A DNA stretch of 64,000 nucleotides from Candidatus Sulfomarinibacteraceae bacterium (GCA_963796455.1 CAWCLO010000001.1:992001-1056000), one strand, 5' to 3'. Positions 9,691-18,883 are shown, counted from the stretch's first letter. Notes: a model not told the origin generated them from the sequence alone. A program made the numbers and translations.

Positions 9691-10192
9691 AATTCGGAGT
9701 TCGGGCGGAGTTCGGAGTTCGGAGTTCGGAGTTCGGAGTTCGGAGTTCGGAGTCACTCTAGTCCAAGACAACGTCTCGGACAGCGTCCAGGGGCAGGGAA
9801 GAGCAAACAGCGACGGCGAACAGCCGCCCATGACGCGATGAAGGCGTTCGACCAGGTCCGTGCCATGACTTGGCGGCTGTTGAATCCGAAGGAGTGAGTG
9901 CTGTCTGCTGTCGCTGACCGCTGTCCCTGTTCGCTGCTGCCTGTCGCTGACGCTGGACACTGTCGCTGCCGCTGCAATTCGGGATTGGGATCGGGTACGG
10001 GCCAATCGCGAACAGGATATGTCAACAACCAACCAGTCAACCTCGGGTTGTCACATGGGCAACTTCACGTGGCGAACAGGATATGACAGCAGTGGTTCGG
10101 AGTTCTGAGTTCGAAATGCCGTCGACCCACCCCGGGGACCATGGCGTTCCGATCGATCGCAGTTTGCAATCCCGAATTCCGAATTCCGAACT
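9691..10192. repeat. Inverted heptamer array (GGAGTTC)n ... (CCGAATT)n, left arm interrupted by element copy B
   Basis: Six perfect GGAGTTC units at 9707-9748; array resumes at 10095-10113; inverted arm at 10168-10192. Confidence 0.88.
9754..10094 (-). mobile_element. Copy B of TIR-bounded element (shell on minus strand, gene remnant on plus strand)
   Basis: CACTCTAGTCCAAGACAA ... GACAGCAGTG, GT/GT duplication; 10008-10067 is the reverse complement of the conserved left end; remnant AMKAFDQVRAMTWRLLNPKE* within 9820-9897. Confidence 0.82.
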
Positions 10193-10197
10193 TTGAC

Positions 10198-10836
10198 CTA
10201 GCCCTCATCCAGCGAACGGTGATACTCGTGCTCCCAGTCGTTCCACCATTCCTTCTCGATGCCGCCGCAGGTCACGGCAAAGGCCGAACATGCAACGCAG
10301 CCGTCGCCACGAATGGCATCCTCGTCATCGAGGGGAGGGAACCGCTCGATCAGTTCTTCACCGAGAACACGGGCGGCTTCCTCGGCGGGTTCTGGCGGCC
10401 GACCCTCGAGGCGGGCGACTCCGCCGCGTATCAGGCGTTGCTTCGCTTCAGGGAAAATGACGCTGTCTTCCTTGTCCAGGTGCTCCCACAGATGATGGGC
10501 GATGCGTCGGGCGATCTCAGGAGCTCTGTCAGGGTCTTTCGCAGCCGCCTCGAGCTCGACGACCATCGCCTCCGACTCGCGGTGTTCGGCATTCATGATG
10601 GCGATCGGCCCACGATCTCCGGGCACCTCGGCGCGTTCGACGAGAATGGGGAAAAGGACTTTTTCTTCACGCTCATGGTGGTAGCCACCAATATAGACCC
10701 TTAGAACGCGAACGAAATCGTCAACATCAGAACTGGAGACAGCCCCCTCCTTCGAGCGTTCCGCGAGGCGCACCAGCGATCCTGCCAGTCGATCAACGAG
10801 ACGGTGTTCGGCTTCGAACTCCTCGAAAAGCTTCAT
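10198..10836 (-). CDS. Hemerythrin-domain protein with C-terminal Cys-rich motif
   Basis: AEHRLV, YHHEREEKVLFP, AEH, EHLDKEDSVIFP; C-terminal GCVACSAFAVTC. Confidence 0.8.
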   Translation of the reverse strand: MKLFEEFEAEHRLVDRLAGSLVRLAERSKEGAVSSSDVDDFVRVLRVYIGGYHHEREEKVLFPILVERAEVPGDRGPIAIMNAEHRESEAMVVELEAAAKDPDRAPEIARRIAHHLWEHLDKEDSVIFPEAKQRLIRGGVARLEGRPPEPAEEAARVLGEELIERFPPLDDEDAIRGDGCVACSAFAVTCGGIEKEWWNDWEHEYHRSLDEG

Positions 10837-12581
10837 CAGTCGATGGCGGGGACCACGACACCCGCCGCTCCCGGGCCCCGTGGGTCCTGTGCCGCCTTCA
10901 ACTCCCCGGCCATCACACCGCGCACCGCATGCACTTCGCCAAGGCTTCTGGTATCACGAAGCTCATGTCCGCGCCCTAACAAAACTTTCGCCGTGTCCGG
11001 GCCGAATGCATCCGCTTCGAAAAAAATGGCGTCAGGAAACCACTGGTGGTGAATGCGTCCGCGGTCCACCGCCGCCTGCAGTTCATCCGAATCGACAATC
11101 AGGTTGAGAAGCACCTGGGCCGTGGCGGTCGGAATGCGCGATCCACCCGGAGAGCCGACAACGATCACCTCGCGGCCCTTCCAGGCCACAGTGGGGCTCA
11201 TGGATGACAGCATCCGTTTGCCCGGGCCGACGGAGTTGGCCTCTCCCTGGATGAGACCGTAATAGTTCGGTTTTCCCGGTGCAACGGCAAAATCGTCCAT
11301 CTCGTTGTTGAGAATGAAGCCCGCACCGGGGACCAGCAGGCCACATCCATAGCTCCCGTTGAGGGTGGTGGTCAAAGACACCGCGTTGCCATCGCCATCC
11401 ATTACGGAAAGGTGAGTGGTTTCCGGCGATTCCTCGGCCAATTCGCGCGACCAGGAGGCAACGCTGTCGGAGGGTGTAGCCCTATCGGTGGTTATTTCGG
11501 CCGCCCGAAGATCGAGCCAATCGGGGTCGAGGAGCTGGCTGGAATTCGCAAGGCTGGTCCTCGGATCGCCGAGGAGATAACGATCCGCGTAGGCCCGCCG
11601 CCATACCTCCGCCAAAAGGTGTGAACGATCAGCACCGAAACGGGGCAATTCTTCCCACTCCAGTCGTTCAAGAAGGCCGCAGGTTTCGCCGAGAATAATG
11701 CCACCCGAGGATGGCAGCGGCATGGAAATCACATCCCAACCATAGGCCTTGAATCTGACCGGTTTGCGCCAAACGGCCCGATAGGCCGAAAGATCGGCGG
11801 CTCTCAAGATCCCGCCGTGAAGCCGAGATGCCATTTCGACGGCGGCCGCAATCGGACCCTCTGTCAACGCCGGCACGCCCCGTTCGGCATAGGCCTCGAG
11901 CGTGGCGGCAAGATGGGGCAAACGCATGACACTGCCCGGTTTGGGCGGTTTGCCACCCGGAAACCAGACCGCCGCCGTCTCCGGAAAACTTAACAATTTT
12001 TCGGAGCTGGCCTCGAGCGACCGCTCGAGGCGGCGGGTGACCACGAATCCCTCACGCGCGAGCCGGATCGCAGGCTCGACCACCCGTTTCCATGGCAACT
12101 GTCCGTACTTCTTATGGAGTTCAAAAAGACCGGTCGGTGAGCCCGGCACGCCCGCCGCCAGCGGGCCGATCAACGACGCCTCCCGACGGGGCTCACCTTT
12201 GGCGTCGAGGTACATATCGTGGGTCGCGTCGGCCGGGGCGGTCTCGCGGAAATCGAGGGTGTTGACTTCGCCCCGGATCCGCACAACTGCAAACCCACCA
12301 CCTCCCAGGTTTCCAGCCGATGGATGAACAACGGCCAGGGCCAGGGCGGTGGCGACAGCGGCATCGGCGGCGTTGCCGCCGGCGGCAAGGGTTTCGAGAC
12401 CGGCCGCCGTGGCCGCAGGCGCGGCACACGCAACCGCACCCCCGGTACCTCGCGCCGCCTCCGGGTGGGCGGCGATGGCCGGATCTGCGATCACAATCGA
12501 AAGAAAAAAGGCGGCCGTTGTGACCGCGATCAGGGAACAGTGGCGGATGGTTCGTGGCGTCATCATGCGAGTGTACTGCAA
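10836..12581 (-). CDS. ggt: Gamma-glutamyltransferase
   Basis: GGNAADAAVA, DFRETAP, ETTHLSV, LNNEMDDF, PGKRMLSSMSP, GSPGGSRI; start uncertain. Confidence 0.95.
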   Translation of the reverse strand: MQYTRMMTPRTIRHCSLIAVTTAAFFLSIVIADPAIAAHPEAARGTGGAVACAAPAATAAGLETLAAGGNAADAAVATALALAVVHPSAGNLGGGGFAVVRIRGEVNTLDFRETAPADATHDMYLDAKGEPRREASLIGPLAAGVPGSPTGLFELHKKYGQLPWKRVVEPAIRLAREGFVVTRRLERSLEASSEKLLSFPETAAVWFPGGKPPKPGSVMRLPHLAATLEAYAERGVPALTEGPIAAAVEMASRLHGGILRAADLSAYRAVWRKPVRFKAYGWDVISMPLPSSGGIILGETCGLLERLEWEELPRFGADRSHLLAEVWRRAYADRYLLGDPRTSLANSSQLLDPDWLDLRAAEITTDRATPSDSVASWSRELAEESPETTHLSVMDGDGNAVSLTTTLNGSYGCGLLVPGAGFILNNEMDDFAVAPGKPNYYGLIQGEANSVGPGKRMLSSMSPTVAWKGREVIVVGSPGGSRIPTATAQVLLNLIVDSDELQAAVDRGRIHHQWFPDAIFFEADAFGPDTAKVLLGRGHELRDTRSLGEVHAVRGVMAGELKAAQDPRGPGAAGVVVPAID

Positions 12582-12636
12582 CCAGGTGGAACCAAAACAG
12601 TCCCTGGCGCGTAGTCAAGATATGGGAGGAAAAACC

Positions 12637-13086
12637 ATGCCCGTTTCTTCAGAATCGAGCCCGGCAGAGGTGCCGGCGAACGATCTTGCACGCCACATCC
12701 GCCGCACACTCGGCCAACTCGAGCATGTGGATCGCGATACGGCCGGATATCTCAACTCTCTCGCCTTCATTCTGCAACGGGTTGCGGGCGCCGACGACGA
12801 GATCAGCGATGACGAGGTCGATCGGATGGAAAAGATTCTGATCGAACACGCAGAAATCACCGCCCCACAGGCCGTATTGACGGTCGAGATCGCCAAACAC
12901 CGTTGGCAGCTGGCCGATTGTTGCTGCTCCTACCGATCGTCGCGCGAACTCCGGGAACGACTCGATCCTCGATCGCGAAAACAACTGCAGGGCTTTCTCC
13001 GTTCGGTTGCCAATGCCGACGGTGTTGTCCACCCTTCGGAGCAGGCAGAAATCCGGCAGATTTCTGCCGAACTCGGGATGATCTGA
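12637..13086 (+). CDS. TerB family (tellurite-resistance-like) protein
   Basis: VAGADDEISDDE ... VANADGVVHPSEQAEIRQISAELG; GGAGGA RBS. Confidence 0.75.
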   Translation: MPVSSESSPAEVPANDLARHIRRTLGQLEHVDRDTAGYLNSLAFILQRVAGADDEISDDEVDRMEKILIEHAEITAPQAVLTVEIAKHRWQLADCCCSYRSSRELRERLDPRSRKQLQGFLRSVANADGVVHPSEQAEIRQISAELGMI

Positions 13087-13117
13087 GCCTCTTTTCCGGT
13101 GCTGCGAGCTTTTTCTG

Positions 13118-13195
13118 GAGTTTTGAGGTCTGAGTTTTGAGTTTTGAGTTGAGGAACCGTCATCAGTGGTGGTGGAACTCAAAACTCAGACCTGA
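13118..13195. repeat. Inverted heptamer array (GAGTTTT)n ... (AAAACTC)n
   Basis: Left arm 13118-13153, right arm 13176-13195; same unit as 3136-3232. Confidence 0.88.
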
Positions 13196-13264
13196 GCTTT
13201 TTCGGCGCCCGGAATCAGCTATCATTCCTATTCAAGGCCGTGTCCGGTGCGGCTGGAGGAATGG

Positions 13265-14224
13265 ATGACTTGGAACTACTCAGAAAAAACCACCGAGCTC
13301 TTTATGGCTGCGGTGCAGGGAAAACCTGGGACCCACCTCGGGGAAATCGAAGACTCCGACGGTTACGGCGAGCACGGTTCGATCGCGTGCGGCGACGCAC
13401 TCCGATTCACCTTCAGAGTCGAGCGTCACCCGACTGAACCGGTCAAAGACCGAATAACCGAAGCGCGCTACCTGACCTTTGGATGCACCTCGGCGATCGC
13501 CGCATCGGAAGCGCTGTGCGCCATCATCGAGAAAGGCGACTACACGCCGATCGAGGCCCTCAAAATCACCAACAACGACATCGTCGATTATCTCGAGGGG
13601 CTGCCCCAGGCGAAGATCCACTGTTCGGTCATGGGTGCCGAGGCACTCGAAGCAGCGGTTTTCAACTGGGCCCAGAAACGGGGAGTGGACCTGGTCGAGT
13701 TGGGTGTCGATATCCGGCGCGAGGAGCAGGAGGAGGGCCGGCTGGTCTGCACCTGCTTTGGGCTCACCGAGCCGTATATCGAACGCAAGATCGCGGAGCT
13801 CGAACTCAAGACCATTCCCGAAATCACCAATGCCATCAAGGCGGGCGGCGCCTGCATGTCGTGCCACCACACCCCAGGAGGCTTGCAGGATCTCCTGGCG
13901 AAAGTCTGGGGACAACAACCAACGACGTTCAAGGAACTCCCGGTGCTGCCGACGTCGCGCGAACCCAGAGCGCAACCCCCTCGGGAAATGTCACCGTTCA
14001 AGTTCGCCAAACTCGTGGAACACGTGCTCGACGAACGCGTGCGCCCGCAACTTGCCAAGGACGGCGGAGACATCGAAATCATCGACATCAAAGACCAGGT
14101 GGTCTACGTCGGCATGACGGGAGCATGTTCGGATTGCATGGGTTCGACCAACACCATCAAGATGCTCGTCGAACAGGCTCTGAAGGATCAGATCGACGAA
14201 CGAATTCGAGTCGTCCAGGTTTGA
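13265..14224 (+). CDS. nifU: Three-domain Fe-S scaffold NifU
   Basis: IscU-like ACGD/FGCTSA/KIHCS, central VCTCFG...GACMSC, C-terminal Nfu DGGDIE...GACSDC. Confidence 0.9.
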   Translation: MTWNYSEKTTELFMAAVQGKPGTHLGEIEDSDGYGEHGSIACGDALRFTFRVERHPTEPVKDRITEARYLTFGCTSAIAASEALCAIIEKGDYTPIEALKITNNDIVDYLEGLPQAKIHCSVMGAEALEAAVFNWAQKRGVDLVELGVDIRREEQEEGRLVCTCFGLTEPYIERKIAELELKTIPEITNAIKAGGACMSCHHTPGGLQDLLAKVWGQQPTTFKELPVLPTSREPRAQPPREMSPFKFAKLVEHVLDERVRPQLAKDGGDIEIIDIKDQVVYVGMTGACSDCMGSTNTIKMLVEQALKDQIDERIRVVQV

Positions 14225-14309
14225 TTCGATCTTTACAGATCTCATTTTTTGCCGCGCGTGCCCGCCTGGCGACCGCGGCAAAAAATGAATAGCAGACAGG
14301 AAACGAACA

Positions 14310-15545
14310 GTGGACGTGATCTACCTCGACAACAACGCAACCACCAGGGTGGCACCCGAAGTCGTAGAGGCGATGATGCCCTACCTGACGGATGAGTACT
14401 TCAACCCGAGTTCCATGTACGAAGCGGCGCGGGTGCCGGCCGACGCGGTGACCGCCGCGAGAAAGACGATTGCCCGCTGTCTTGGCAAGGTGCGCCCGAG
14501 CGAGGTCCTTTTCACCTCCTGTGCCTCGGAAAGCAACAACCACGCGGTCTTCGGCACGATTGCCGCCAATCCGGAACGACGCCACGTGGTCACCACCGGG
14601 GTCGAACACCCGGCCATCTACGAGGTCGGGAAGGATCTCGAGCGGCGAAATCTCGAGGTCGACTTCGTACCAGTCGACAGCCAAGGACGAATCGACACCA
14701 GGGAATTCGTTCGGGCCCTTCGCCCCGACACCCTACTGGTTTCGGTGATGCACGCTAACAACGAAACCGGTGTCATCTTTCCGGTGGAGGAGCTGGCGCG
14801 AATCAGCAAAGAGACCGACCCCTCGATCGTTTTTCACACCGATGCCACCCAGACCACCGGCAAACTTCCGATCGATCTGCGTGGAGCCTTCAAAAACGTC
14901 GACCTGCTCTCCTTCTCCGGCCACAAACTGCACGCCCCGAAGGGCATCGGAGCGCTGTATATCCGACGCGGCACACCGTGCCGGCCGTTCCTGCTCGGCG
15001 GGCACCAGGAAGACGGCCGTCGCGCCGGCACCGAAAACGTGGCCTTCATCGTCGGTCTGGCGCGGGCCCTCGAGTTGGCCGTGGAGCGGCACGCCGAAGA
15101 CGAACCCAGGATCACCGCCATGCGCGACCGTCTCCAGCGTGAACTTGTGAAACGAATTCCCTATCTCGAGGTCAACGGCGGCGAGGCCCCCCGACTCGAC
15201 AACACCCTGAACGTCGCCTGCCACTTCGTCGAAGGCGAGGGCATCCTCTACCAGCTTTCAGAGCACGGTATCTGCGCCTCGTCGGGCTCTGCCTGCACCT
15301 CCGGCTCCCTCGAGCCCTCGCATGTTCTGCGGGGCATGAAGGTGCCCTTTACCGCCGTCCACGGATCGGTTCGCTTCAGCCTCAGCCACTACACCACCGA
15401 TGCCGAGATCGACAAGGTCATCGAGGTCTTCCCCGAGATCATCGCCAGCCTGCGCCGCCTTTCACCCTACTGGGACTCCACGAAAAACGCGCCCCGACCC
15501 GAGGCGCTGGAGATGCTCGAAGAAACCGAGATGCCGCACGCCTGA
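14310..15545 (+). CDS. nifS: Cysteine desulfurase NifS
   Basis: YLDNNATT, HANNETG, SGHKLHAPKG, SSGSACTSGSLEPSHVL; follows nifU. Confidence 0.93.
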   Translation: MDVIYLDNNATTRVAPEVVEAMMPYLTDEYFNPSSMYEAARVPADAVTAARKTIARCLGKVRPSEVLFTSCASESNNHAVFGTIAANPERRHVVTTGVEHPAIYEVGKDLERRNLEVDFVPVDSQGRIDTREFVRALRPDTLLVSVMHANNETGVIFPVEELARISKETDPSIVFHTDATQTTGKLPIDLRGAFKNVDLLSFSGHKLHAPKGIGALYIRRGTPCRPFLLGGHQEDGRRAGTENVAFIVGLARALELAVERHAEDEPRITAMRDRLQRELVKRIPYLEVNGGEAPRLDNTLNVACHFVEGEGILYQLSEHGICASSGSACTSGSLEPSHVLRGMKVPFTAVHGSVRFSLSHYTTDAEIDKVIEVFPEIIASLRRLSPYWDSTKNAPRPEALEMLEETEMPHA

Positions 15546-15580
15546 CGGGAGCGCCGGCGACCGTCCCCGCACCCGGTGAT

Positions 15581-15624
15581 GGCAGAGGGGCAGAGGAGAA
15601 AGGGTGAAAGGGTGAAAGGGAGAA
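15581..15624. repeat. Octamer tandem array GGCAGAGG / AAAGGGTG
   Basis: Read directly; reverse-complement type of the array at 8333-8378. Confidence 0.7.
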
Positions 15625-15676
15625 CCGTACCGGAAACTCTGTTCGAGACAAGGAGAGAGTATTCGCAATCCCTAAT

Positions 15677-16032
15677 CACTCTTGTCCAATACAGGGTTGC
15701 GGACCGCGATCAGGGACGGCGACAGCGATCAGCGTCAGCGACAGCGTTCAGTGGTCAGCGGCAGCGACCAGCCACCGGGGCAGCGTCAGCGTCGGCGAAC
15801 AGCCCTTACTGGTCGGGTTCAAGAGCCGCCAGGTCATCGCTCGGACCTGATCGAAGGCGTTCATCGCGTCGCGGGCGGCTGTCGCACTGATCGCCCCGGG
15901 GGTGGCCTCGCCGTCACTGCACCTGATCGCTGTTCTCTGTCGCTGTCCCTGTTCGCTGTTGCCTGTCGCTGGCGCTGGCGCTGAACACTGTCGCTGCCGC
16001 TGCAATTCGGGATCAAGATCGGGATCGGGACC
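15677..16032 (-). mobile_element. Copy C of TIR-bounded element (internally deleted, left end lost)
   Basis: CACTCTTGTCCAATACAG preceded by AT; CAGCG arms; minus-strand remnant GAISATAARDAMNAFDQVRAMTWRLLNP at about 15810-15899. Confidence 0.8.
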
Positions 16033-16064
16033 GCCATTGAATGGACCTCGGAGTTTTCGCTTTT

Positions 16065-16092
16065 CGATAGCGATAGCGATAGCGATAGCGAT
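16065..16092. repeat. Hexamer array (CGATAG)x4.7
   Basis: Read directly. Confidence 0.85.
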
Positions 16093-16129
16093 GACGGTAA
16101 GGATGACGGTAGGGATTCCTTATCTGCGT

Positions 16130-16172
16130 AGATCCTTCGACTCGGTCGCGAAGCTCCCTCGCTCAGGATGAC
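16130..16172. repeat. REP-like unit AGATCCTTCG...CGCTCAGGATGAC
   Basis: Resembles the GTCATCCTGAGCG...CGAAGGATCT extragenic repeat type (my recognition, not database-checked); single copy here. Confidence 0.6.
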
Positions 16173-16208
16173 ATCAGGCGGTGTAGCCTCGGCCAGCACC
16201 GCCTCATG

Positions 16209-16301
16209 TCATCTGCGTGATCTGCGGTTTGTGATGGGATCCGATGCGATGGAATTCCCAATTCCCAATTCCCAATTCCTAATTCCTAATTCCTAATTCC
16301 T
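16209..16301. repeat. ATCTGCG-repeat module plus heptamer array (AATTCCC)3(AATTCCT)4
   Basis: TCATCTGCGTGATCTGCGGTTT identical at 20083-20104; heptamers at 16253-16301. Confidence 0.85.
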
Positions 16302-16343
16302 ACCGGCTCCCCTGCTCCCACTAAATCAGCTAGAGTATCCCGC

Positions 16344-18143
16344 ATGAAGAAACTGACCATTTTTGCTGTCGCCTTTTTCTGTTCCACTCTGGTGTTCGCT
16401 GCCGACGAGATACCCCGCGAGTGGCTCACCGTCGCCGAGCAGACCGATTTCCGGGCCACCTCGACTCTCGAAGAGACCATGACATTCCTCCAGAAAGTGC
16501 AGTCTCAAGCGCCAGAGATCATCCGGGTCGGCCTCTTCGGTTCATCCGGCCGGGGATTCGGCCTCCCAATGGTCATCGTTTCGGCCGAGGGTGCCTTTAC
16601 TCCCGGTGCCATCGTAAGTTCGGGGAAACCGGTACTGCTTTTTCAGAGCTGTATCCACGCCGGTGAGGTCGACGGGAAAGTGGCCAGTTTGATGATCCTG
16701 CGCGACATCGCTCTCGGCAAACGACAGGATCTGGTGGATTCTGCGATCCTCGTCTTCACTCCCATTTACAACGCCGATGGACACGAGCACGTGTCGCCCT
16801 ACAACCGATCCAACCAGAATGGCCCGGTTGACGGCCAGGGATACCGGGCGACTGCCAACGGCATCAACCTCAATCGCGACTACCTCAGGCTCATCAGCTC
16901 CGAGGCCAGGTCGATGGCACGGCTCGTCGGCACGCTCAACCCGCACATCCACGTGGACAACCACGTCACCAACGGTTCCGACCATGCCTGGGTTCTGACC
17001 TGGCTGGTCGCAGAAGCACCCCAGCTCCACCCGGCATTGGACTCCTGGCTCGATGATCATCTGCCGGCGGTCCTCGCCGCGACCAGCGCGGCCGGCCATC
17101 CCAATGGGCCCTACGTCAACCTCATTTCGGGTTCCGACCCGAGTAAGGGCATGATCTGGGATGTGGCGCAGCCACGTTATTCCTCGGGTTACTTTCCACT
17201 CCGCAACCGTATTTCGATCCTGATCGAGATGCACGCCCACAAACCCTTCCGTGACCGCGTATTTGCCAACAAATCCTTCATGGAGGAACTGATTCTCCAG
17301 GCCGGACGATCCGGCGAGGCTCTGGTGGCCGCCGTCGCCGAGGCCAATGCCGCCACGGTCGCCCTCGGCACGGAGGACGCGGATCCATCTGAAATCGTCC
17401 TCCGTTGGGGAGTGGAAGAAGAGGGTGAAACCATCACCTGGCCCGCATACCGCTGGAGTCAAGAAGACTCGGTCGTGAGCGGCGGCACCCGCGTTCGATA
17501 TCACCGGGGCGAGATCAGCGAGGTGGAACTCGAGTGGCGACACCTTCCGGTGGCCGAGCTGACGCTCCCTCGACCTCGTGGCTACATCGTTTCCGCCGGT
17601 TGGCCCCAGATCGAGCAGGTCATCGCCGGCCACGGCCTGCGAACCCATCGTCTCACCGCCGAGCAGGAGATCACGGTCGAAACGACGAGGCTCTCAGATC
17701 CCGAGTTTGCTTCCTCTCCCTTCCAGGGCACGGTCATGGTCCGCGATTTCAAAACCGCGCGACAGAACGAAAGGCGTTCGGTCCCCGGAGACAGTCTTTG
17801 GATTCCCGCAGACCAGCCCAACTTCGAGATTGCGGTGCAACTCTTCGAGCCCGAGGCCCCGGACAGCCTCGTCAGGTGGGGGGCGATCTCTTCTCTCTTC
17901 GAACGCAAGATCTATATCGGAAGGGATGTGCTGGAAAACCTCGCGAAAGAGATGCTGAATGACCCTGCGGTCAAAAAGGAGTGGAAAGAGGCCCTCGAAG
18001 ATCCGGCCTTTGCCGAGGACGGCCGTGCCCGCTATCTGTGGTGGTACAAACGCACACCCTTTTGGGACGAAACCGTCGGGTTGTTACCAATTTTCCGGGT
18101 CATGGGCCCGCCCTCTTTCAGATTCGAAGCGGTCCCGGAGTAG
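16344..18143 (+). CDS. Secreted M14 family zinc carboxypeptidase
   Basis: Signal peptide; IHAGEVDG, YNADG, NLNRD, DNHVTNG. Confidence 0.85.
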   Translation: MKKLTIFAVAFFCSTLVFAADEIPREWLTVAEQTDFRATSTLEETMTFLQKVQSQAPEIIRVGLFGSSGRGFGLPMVIVSAEGAFTPGAIVSSGKPVLLFQSCIHAGEVDGKVASLMILRDIALGKRQDLVDSAILVFTPIYNADGHEHVSPYNRSNQNGPVDGQGYRATANGINLNRDYLRLISSEARSMARLVGTLNPHIHVDNHVTNGSDHAWVLTWLVAEAPQLHPALDSWLDDHLPAVLAATSAAGHPNGPYVNLISGSDPSKGMIWDVAQPRYSSGYFPLRNRISILIEMHAHKPFRDRVFANKSFMEELILQAGRSGEALVAAVAEANAATVALGTEDADPSEIVLRWGVEEEGETITWPAYRWSQEDSVVSGGTRVRYHRGEISEVELEWRHLPVAELTLPRPRGYIVSAGWPQIEQVIAGHGLRTHRLTAEQEITVETTRLSDPEFASSPFQGTVMVRDFKTARQNERRSVPGDSLWIPADQPNFEIAVQLFEPEAPDSLVRWGAISSLFERKIYIGRDVLENLAKEMLNDPAVKKEWKEALEDPAFAEDGRARYLWWYKRTPFWDETVGLLPIFRVMGPPSFRFEAVPE

Positions 18144-18187
18144 ATATCGGTCAACCCAGCCTCGGCGCTCGCTGGCTGCCCCTCGGA

Positions 18188-18883
18188 ATGGCGCTGCGCG
18201 ATTTCCATGAAGGGAAGGCCTCGGCCTCGATCATCGTTCACAGCGATATCTGGGCGGCTGAAGATACGCCGGTGGAGGATTTTTATCGTCCTGCGGGAGG
18301 AGCGCTTCCGGAGATTGAACGGAGGGCGCTTTCCTTGTGCCGGGGCCGCGTCCTCGATCTCGGGGCCGGGGCCGGCCGTCACGCCCTCGACCTCCAGAGC
18401 CAGGGCATCGATGTCACGGCCGTCGACATCCTGGACGAGGCGGTCGCCGTGATGCGTAGCCGCGGAGTCCGGGATGCCCGCCAGGGTGATCTCGATACCG
18501 TCGAGGGAGAACGATTCGATACCGTTCTGCTCCTGATGCACGGCATCGGACTGGTCGGAAACCTCCAGGGCCTGGCGGATTTCCTGCATCGAATTCGAAA
18601 TTTTTTGACTCGAGGCGGACGCATCCTCTGCGATTCGGCAGATCTCGATCTCGTGCTCCCGGAATTGTCGACAGAAGTCGGGAACGAATTTGAAGCCGGA
18701 GACTCATACTACGGAGAGGTGGAGTTTCGCCTCGAATACGGCACCCATGAAGGTCAACCCTATCCATGGCTCTTTGTCGATCACCGGACTCTGATACGTT
18801 TTGCAGCCCGCGAGAACATGCGTTGCGTTGTGGACTCGCGCGGTAGTCGTGGGTCGTATCTAGCCCGTATCGACACGATATAG
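18188..18883 (+). CDS. Class I SAM-dependent methyltransferase
   Basis: VLDLGAGAGRHAL, FDTVLLLMHGIG; start uncertain. Confidence 0.85.
   Translation: MALRDFHEGKASASIIVHSDIWAAEDTPVEDFYRPAGGALPEIERRALSLCRGRVLDLGAGAGRHALDLQSQGIDVTAVDILDEAVAVMRSRGVRDARQGDLDTVEGERFDTVLLLMHGIGLVGNLQGLADFLHRIRNFLTRGGRILCDSADLDLVLPELSTEVGNEFEAGDSYYGEVEFRLEYGTHEGQPYPWLFVDHRTLIRFAARENMRCVVDSRGSRGSYLARIDTI

Noticed and set aside
15576..16199. Short ORFs across repeat-rich spacers (QRQRQ, SLSLSL, NSELRTP, WAMGYGL translations here and at 8.3, 9.7, 49.0, 54.05 and 59.15 kb)
   Set aside because: These are translations of tandem repeats; only the four-helix-bundle remnants are gene-derived.
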